A DNA stretch of 62,944 bases, filler included, from Globobulimina sp. (Eukaryota), in assembly GCA_003354225.1 (NCBI GenBank). It is 53 parts of 53 records of this genome, joined end to end, with 100 filler letters (N's around TTAATTAATTAA, not from the genome) between each part and the next. Parts side by side here need not be neighbours in the genome. Positions count along the whole stretch, not along the records: positions 57,100 to 58,188 come from PIVH01023836.1; positions 58,289 to 59,377 come from PIVH01023837.1; positions 59,478 to 60,566 come from PIVH01023838.1; positions 60,667 to 61,755 come from PIVH01023839.1; positions 61,856 to 62,944 come from PIVH01023840.1; 48 more parts are not named here. The stretch is one strand, 5' to 3'. Shown here one piece after another: positions 57,130 through 62,944 of the stretch (the stretch's first letter is position 1; every line of letters starts with the position of its first letter). The translations under genes were made by a program, and so were the position numbers. The notes under the pieces were generated by a model, which did no database searches, was not told where the DNA came from, and saw nothing but the letters and a program-made list of their open reading frames with translations.

Positions 57130-57705
57130 TTGAAAAGTTTTTATTTCAAGTCTTTACTTAGAATAATGGCAAATGTACTTTTTTCGTACTGTTATGCAGA
57201 TGATAGCGACGATGCAATCGATAAAATAATATTTGTGGACAGTGTGTTGTGCGGTGCTGTGGCCATTGCACCGCATCGTGTTGATATTGCTTTGAGTAAA
57301 TCCTATGCGAAAAGAGAGAGTGTTAATATATCGGATGTTGATGAAAATGACGCAGAGTCGGTGACATCAGAAATCTCTGAAATGTCATTAGCGACCAGCG
57401 CGAAATTTGATGTTCGGAATAATTTGCGAGTGATGTTCGGATATGATGATATTGGAGCGTTTAATGCAAAATCTTTACATATTTTACAGCACGAAATTGT
57501 GATTGAATTGAAAAATATGAAAGCGTTTAGTGTAATAATTGATAAATCGTTAAATTTTTATGAATATGATAAATGTGAGAATTTAAAAATCTATGAAGGA
57601 TTTGTTAGAGTAAGATCAAGAAATAAAAATGGATGGAGTAAATATAAATGTTTACCATTTAGATTTGACGAATATGGAAATAAATTACAGCTACCACTAC
57701 TTTGA
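57130..57705 (+). CDS. Hypothetical protein C-terminus with an FN3-like last strand
   Basis: VRVRSRNKNGWSKY. Confidence 0.5.
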   Translation: MKSFYFKSLLRIMANVLFSYCYADDSDDAIDKIIFVDSVLCGAVAIAPHRVDIALSKSYAKRESVNISDVDENDAESVTSEISEMSLATSAKFDVRNNLRVMFGYDDIGAFNAKSLHILQHEIVIELKNMKAFSVIIDKSLNFYEYDKCENLKIYEGFVRVRSRNKNGWSKYKCLPFRFDEYGNKLQLPLL

Positions 57706-57896
57706 TTTGTTTATTTTTTTGTTTATATATTTATGTACGTAAAATTTGTATACATATATTTCACCAAATGGTTTATATAAAAGTATATTTTTGTATATGT
57801 GCGAAGAGAATATTTTTGCCTCACTAATTCGGAAACTTTTTGAAAATCAAACAGCATCCTTCCTTGACCAACAAATAAAGTGTTCATTTGTGTGAA

Positions 57897-58188
57897 ATGG
57901 GTAATACGAACAGTAAAAACGCCGATAGTAATTTAAAGTGGGTGAAAGCATACGATTCTTTTTTATCGACTGGCTATGTATCATTTGAAGATTTTTATAT
58001 TAAATTTGATGGGAATATTGAGAAATGTATGGAATTTATAGAAGAAGAAAGAAATTCAAAACAAGAGGCTGTGTATCAACGAATGGAGGAACTCTTTGAA
58101 GTTTATGATTTGTGGAAGAATGATGAGAATAAACCAAATATTTATGCTTTAATTTGCAAACATTATCAATCCCAAAATATTGATCCGT
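57897..58188 (+). CDS. Putative myristoylated protein N-terminus (partial)
   Basis: MGNTNSK matches MGxxxS. Confidence 0.55.
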
Positions 58189-59477
58189 NNNNNNNNNNNN
58201 NNNNNNNNNNNNNNNNNNNNNNNNNNNNNNNNTTAATTAATTAANNNNNNNNNNNNNNNNNNNNNNNNNNNNNNNNNNNNNNNNNNNNTGGAAAATAGCG
58301 GCAATATGTATGATATGTCAGTAACATATATTTTCATATTAAAGCGTTTGTGACAAATCAATCATTAGCATGGTAAACAGCTGATGTATCATTGTAACAG
58401 TAGTAGCTCTATGTTAAAGTTTAGTAAGTTAGTAAGATATCTCAGATCCTGTCTGGTAATGATAATTACACTGTCACTTACATCTAACACGGAGCGACGT
58501 CAGTTTCATGGATGTATATAATTGCAGATTGCGAGTGTCCGAGAAAGAATTTTACAACTTGATCCCTCGGTTCATGCTGAAAAGAATCCAAACATACTTT
58601 AGTAATCCAGCAAAGACGCAAACATATGTTGTTGTTGATGTAACTTGGTTTAGCTTATTTTTTAATTATCATCTGCACGTTTTTCGAATGTAATGTCAAT
58701 TTCAATGATATTTCATTATCTTTCAATTGCTTGGTTTGTGTATTTCCAATCAATCAATGAAATTCATTTGTCAAAAACTGAGCAATAACAAGTTTAAAAC
58801 TATTTATTCTTTATTGTGTATGTTAATCTGAGTTTTGCAGCGTTGTGGTCAGCAGGAAGTGGTTATTGACAGAAAGAATACCATTATTTTTGTATTACAT
58901 ACAAATCAACAAACAGAACCCCTGGTTTTTGACAGAAAAGGAGACATCATTGATGTAAACAGTAATTTAAAACATGATCTGCTTAATGTGGCCCACATAG
59001 CTATTTAGATCCCCATTGTTGTCAGAATGAAATCGAACCAAACAGTTAAATGTGAAAAGCTTAGAAAGGAGAACATTCTTTTATGCAAAGATATTTTTGG
59101 TCATTTACTTTCCATGTTTGATGTGAATATGGGAGCAATGCTTTTATCACTTGGGTGGTTGATATCCACAAACAATAGTGAAGCTGTAAAGGATAAACAT
59201 GGTATTGCTTTCAATATACATATTTATGCTATCTTCATGTAATGCTGGCTTTTGTTGTACATCCTATTTTTCAGCTTACAATGGCATCTTGATTATGTTT
59301 GGAAACCATTCATGTGGAAAAACAACACTTGCAAAAATTATGTTGGACATGATTGGCACGCGAATTGAAAGTCTTAANNNNNNNNNNNNNNNNNNNNNNN
59401 NNNNNNNNNNNNNNNNNNNNNTTAATTAATTAANNNNNNNNNNNNNNNNNNNNNNNNNNNNNNNNNNNNNNNNNNNN

Positions 59478-60566
59478 AGCACCACTGAATTTGCTGATAA
59501 TTTTTGATTTTTGCTGTGGTTCCTTCAATCCCTTTTGAACCATTTGCAAATATATTTTTTTTAAAGTAAAATTAATTTGCGTTGAATTTGCTGTTCCGCT
59601 CTCGCATATTTCAGCTGTTCTGTCATCATTCACTAATATTGGATAGTTTATAATATATTTTATTATTTCTAATGCACTATCTATACTTTTGTAGGTCTGA
59701 TGCAAAAAATCTGTCACTAAAATCTTTGTAAAATAAGCCTGCTGTATCTCAATTGGCCATGAAATTACATTGCCAATATCTATATATATATATACAGTAT
59801 GCACATCGGAATTAATTACAGTACAATGCATTACGTAACGTTTATTTGCAATAATTTGACAAAATTCAACAGCATCACTGGTATTATTTATCCATATTAA
59901 CACAAATTCTTGTAATAAATTAAAATATATATTAGTATTGTTAATTTGCCAGGTTTCCAATAATAGAAACATAACAGACAACAAATGAACTCTTAATCGT
60001 ATAATAATTGTGCAATTATTTGATAATATATTATTATTATTATTTAGCGATGGCGATACAATGCGTGTTAAATGTTTCCATATAATATCAATGCCAGTTA
60101 CAATAACTCTAAATTGTCTCCATATAATATCATTAGACATTAAATCTAAAAAATCATGAATTTCCTTTTCATTATGTAAACAATTGCAATCTCCAAATAA
60201 AAGAGACTCTAATTTGTCCACTAATGTACTGATTAATATATTTGCCATATAATTAACATTAGAGATTGCTTGCTTATATCCATCGGATAATTCGGATTCA
60301 TCTAAATTTCTATTTGTTGAAATATATCCATAATGGTGCGATATTACATTATGACAACATTGTAAAATATCTTGGTATTTTAGTATATCTTTTAATTTTT
60401 TTATAATAGATCTAAATGTGTTTGTGGCATTACTGTCAATGTTGCCCGATGACAGAGCATTGTGCAAAACGCTTGTAATTATTTTGTCTGCGTTTCTTAG
60501 TTTGGAGACGACTGTCTCTGTGTCGAGTGTTAACATTGTATCATTACAAATATCTAGTAAATGCAT
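59478..60566 (-). CDS. Alpha-helical protein, internal fragment
   Basis: Frame open across the contig; no motif recognised. Confidence 0.6.
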
Positions 60567-61856
60567 NNNNNNNNNNNNNNNNNNNNNNNNNNNNNNNNNN
60601 NNNNNNNNNNTTAATTAATTAANNNNNNNNNNNNNNNNNNNNNNNNNNNNNNNNNNNNNNNNNNNNGTAACTCCAAGTTCATTGTCATTTGTTCAAATTT
60701 TGGTCAGAAATGTTATTTTTGTATGAAGAGTGAGCTTAGCTACCTCACTTGGACTACTGTATTTTGGAACAGTTCATTTCGTCCTGAAGTAGCAAGTCGC
60801 AAATGGGCTGCAAAGGGTGGAGAAATTTACGTTCAGTTAAAAGTAGCACTATTGAGTCGGAGGCTACAAGGGAGAATGGTATACGGCAAAATTTTTGGAA
60901 ATTCGGCAAAAACAAGTCAGTATTTTCGGCTAAAATCAGTTCATCATTTGTTCCGGTGAAAAAACGCGGACCGGTCAACGTTCATACTAAAATGGCAAAT
61001 TTTCCTGTATTCGGCCATAAGGAGATCATGTTTTTGTCAATTTTCGTACGGTCATTTGGTCAAGTCAAAAAGTGCTGTCCTGTGAAATGTTATTTGGACA
61101 TACGTGAATTTTGTACGTACATATACGTGTTTTGTATTTGTCCACTTGTATTTTTAGGTGGATGTATGTCATCTTGTGTTTGTAAAATGTTAATTTCAGG
61201 TAAATGTATTGGTGCATGTAAATGTTTAGTGCACGTCAATTTTATAATATGTAAAAATTGAAAATTTTCAAAGTCAAATGTCTTTGCATGTTTTTGTATT
61301 CCCATCCCATGTTATATGGATGTATGTTCTGAATGTATGTACCTATGTTACCAAAGGGAGAAACTAACGACGGACCCGAATGACCATGGATGGAAGTGTT
61401 CAGGTGTACTATCAAACAATCAGAGAAGATGGACCATATTTGACAATGTTACCGGAAGGAAGAACAATTCTGATGTTTTTATGTTAATTGTATGTATTTG
61501 TCTGTTTTTGTGCTGTTAGGTCAATTCAAGGAGAAGATCAAACGGTCAAATGAAGGATGACTGTCAGCCAACTGTATTAACGGAACATTTTCCTTAGCCT
61601 TAGCGGGATAGTGGTGTTCTAGTAATATTTTTACTTACTTTCAAAGTCGACAAAGATCAGAGCAAGAGTGGTAGCAGTTGGTGAACAAATTCGATTGTAC
61701 GGAGATTTTTTTTTGGAGCAATTGTGATAAGCAAGGAGAAAAATATCATACAACCNNNNNNNNNNNNNNNNNNNNNNNNNNNNNNNNNNNNNNNNNNNNT
61801 TAATTAATTAANNNNNNNNNNNNNNNNNNNNNNNNNNNNNNNNNNNNNNNNNNNNT

Positions 61857-62944
61857 ATCACCGATATCACGCAAACTAATAACGACAACATAAAAAATAA
61901 AAAAACTCCATTACCGAAAGCGAAATCCGCAACAAAAGAAATAAAATCATTATCGGTCACCGTATCTACGCGCTCCCGAAGGAAAAGCAGGAAAAAAAAA
62001 GCCGCCACTTCACGTTTATTGCAATCCAAATCTTTTATGTCGACGCAATGTTCGCAAATTGTATTCGATCACGAAAACGATAACCATAACGATTCAAAAC
62101 AACAGGAAAACGAAAGTGAACATGGAAGCGAACCCGAACCAGACCGCCAGGATAAAAAAACGCCATTAAAAACACGCAAAACACGCAAGAAATCAAATGT
62201 GACCGTAAAAAGAAGTAAAAAACAACGCGATTTGTGCAAACTAGAAAAAATCGGCTTGAAACGTACGGATTTTATTGAAGGCGATTTCTGTGCGGTTTGC
62301 TGTATGAATGACGTGGATGACACCGCTGTTTATTGTGATGGTTGCGATGTATTGGTACATATGGAATGTTATGGCATTATATCAGCGCCATCAAAAAGTG
62401 AAGAATGGTTTTGCGACCCTTGTAAACGAGATCTATCATTGCATGCAAATGGTGTGATTTCGTGTGTGATCTGTTTAACAGATATCGATTGTGCGTACAA
62501 AGTAGTGTTGAAATCAAATAAATGGGCACATACTTCGTGTGCGTTATGGCTGACTGGGGTTAATTTTGTAAATAAACAAACCTTATCACCCATTTCGATT
62601 GATGCTATCGACCCTGATCGATATAAATTGCGTTGTATATTTTGTAAGAAACGTGGTGGTGCCTGTTTACAATGCGAGTTATGTACGCATTCGTATCATG
62701 TGCCATGTGCGCATCGTGGAACTGCACACTTAGAATTACGTGAAGTTAAGTTGTTGACATTGTATTTTGAGTAAAGTGAAGTAAGGTTTTTACATTTTCA
62801 GCATGGCGAACGAGTGTATTTTCATAGTTTTTGTCCATTGCATGCCGACGAGGTGTCGCGAAATTCAGTGCCTGATAATAACCACGACTACCCATTGTAT
62901 CCCAGGAAAAATACGAGGCGAGGAAGGAAACGTAAACGTGACGA
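61857..62944 (+). CDS. PHD-Zn knuckle-ePHD (PZP) chromatin protein, BRPF/JADE/AF10-like, intron 62745-62801 (partial)
   Basis: CAVC..YCDGCDVLVHMECYG..WFCDPC, WAHTSCALW, CIFC..GACLQC..YHVPCA. The spliced exon supplies FCPLH. Confidence 0.93.

Noticed and set aside
59270-59377. GNHSCGKTT P-loop-like peptide
   Set aside because: It may be a short exon, but there is too little context to assign. The rest of the contig looks intronic or non-coding.
60667-61755. ORFs and loose TCATTTG(G/T)TC repeats as a transposon end
   Set aside because: No clear terminal repeat or protein motif; left unannotated.
1092-61855. Regularly spaced TTAATTAATTAA repeat resembling a CRISPR or tandem array
   Set aside because: It is an artificial N-padded linker with stops in six frames between length-sorted contigs. 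ORFs ending in X...LIN or X...N are linker artefacts.
1-62944. Apparent clustering of RTs, integrases, phage genes and eukaryotic genes as one system or HGT island
   Set aside because: The contigs are adjacent only because of their length. No linkage across spacers can be inferred.

Overview
This window is not a contiguous locus. It is 53 unrelated short contigs (1 x 1091 nt, 25 x 1090 nt, 27 x 1089 nt, sorted by length) joined by an artificial 100-nt spacer (N44-TTAATTAATTAA-N44), so gene neighbourhood across spacers means nothing and nearly all genes are partial. Most contigs look like an AT-rich protist nuclear genome with short GT-AG introns (about 49-113 nt) and Asn/Gln low-complexity tracts. 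The gene families suggest Foraminifera/Rhizaria (inference): BTB-BACK, PI3K, PAP2, PRA1, TPR, PUF, cytochrome b5, multicopper oxidase, ACSBG, RCC1, a voltage-gated channel and a PHD/PZP protein. Transposon pieces include Ty3/Gypsy RT and integrase, DIRS RT-RNase H, a LINE C-terminus, a hAT end and MITE/foldback elements. Three contigs are prokaryotic or phage. Four contigs are chimeras carrying bacterial or archaeal gene fragments, as expected from amplified single-cell or environmental DNA. The two most interesting signals are prokaryotic. (i) 11902-12991 is an array of small unrelated ORFs, each preceded by the same 17-18 bp motif TG(A/C)AACA(A/C)AATA(A/G)(A/G)GGA(G). (ii) 23802-24891 is a Bacteroidota-phage-like fragment with integron attC-like inverted repeats, one of which encloses a whole gene in its loop. 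Notable eukaryotic items are a gustatory-receptor-like (7TMIC) protein, a PTS1-tagged soluble cytochrome b5, a Cys-less Ubc13-like E2 fused to a ubiquitin-like domain, and a multicopper oxidase lacking the axial Met. All family calls come from motif recognition by eye; no searches were run.
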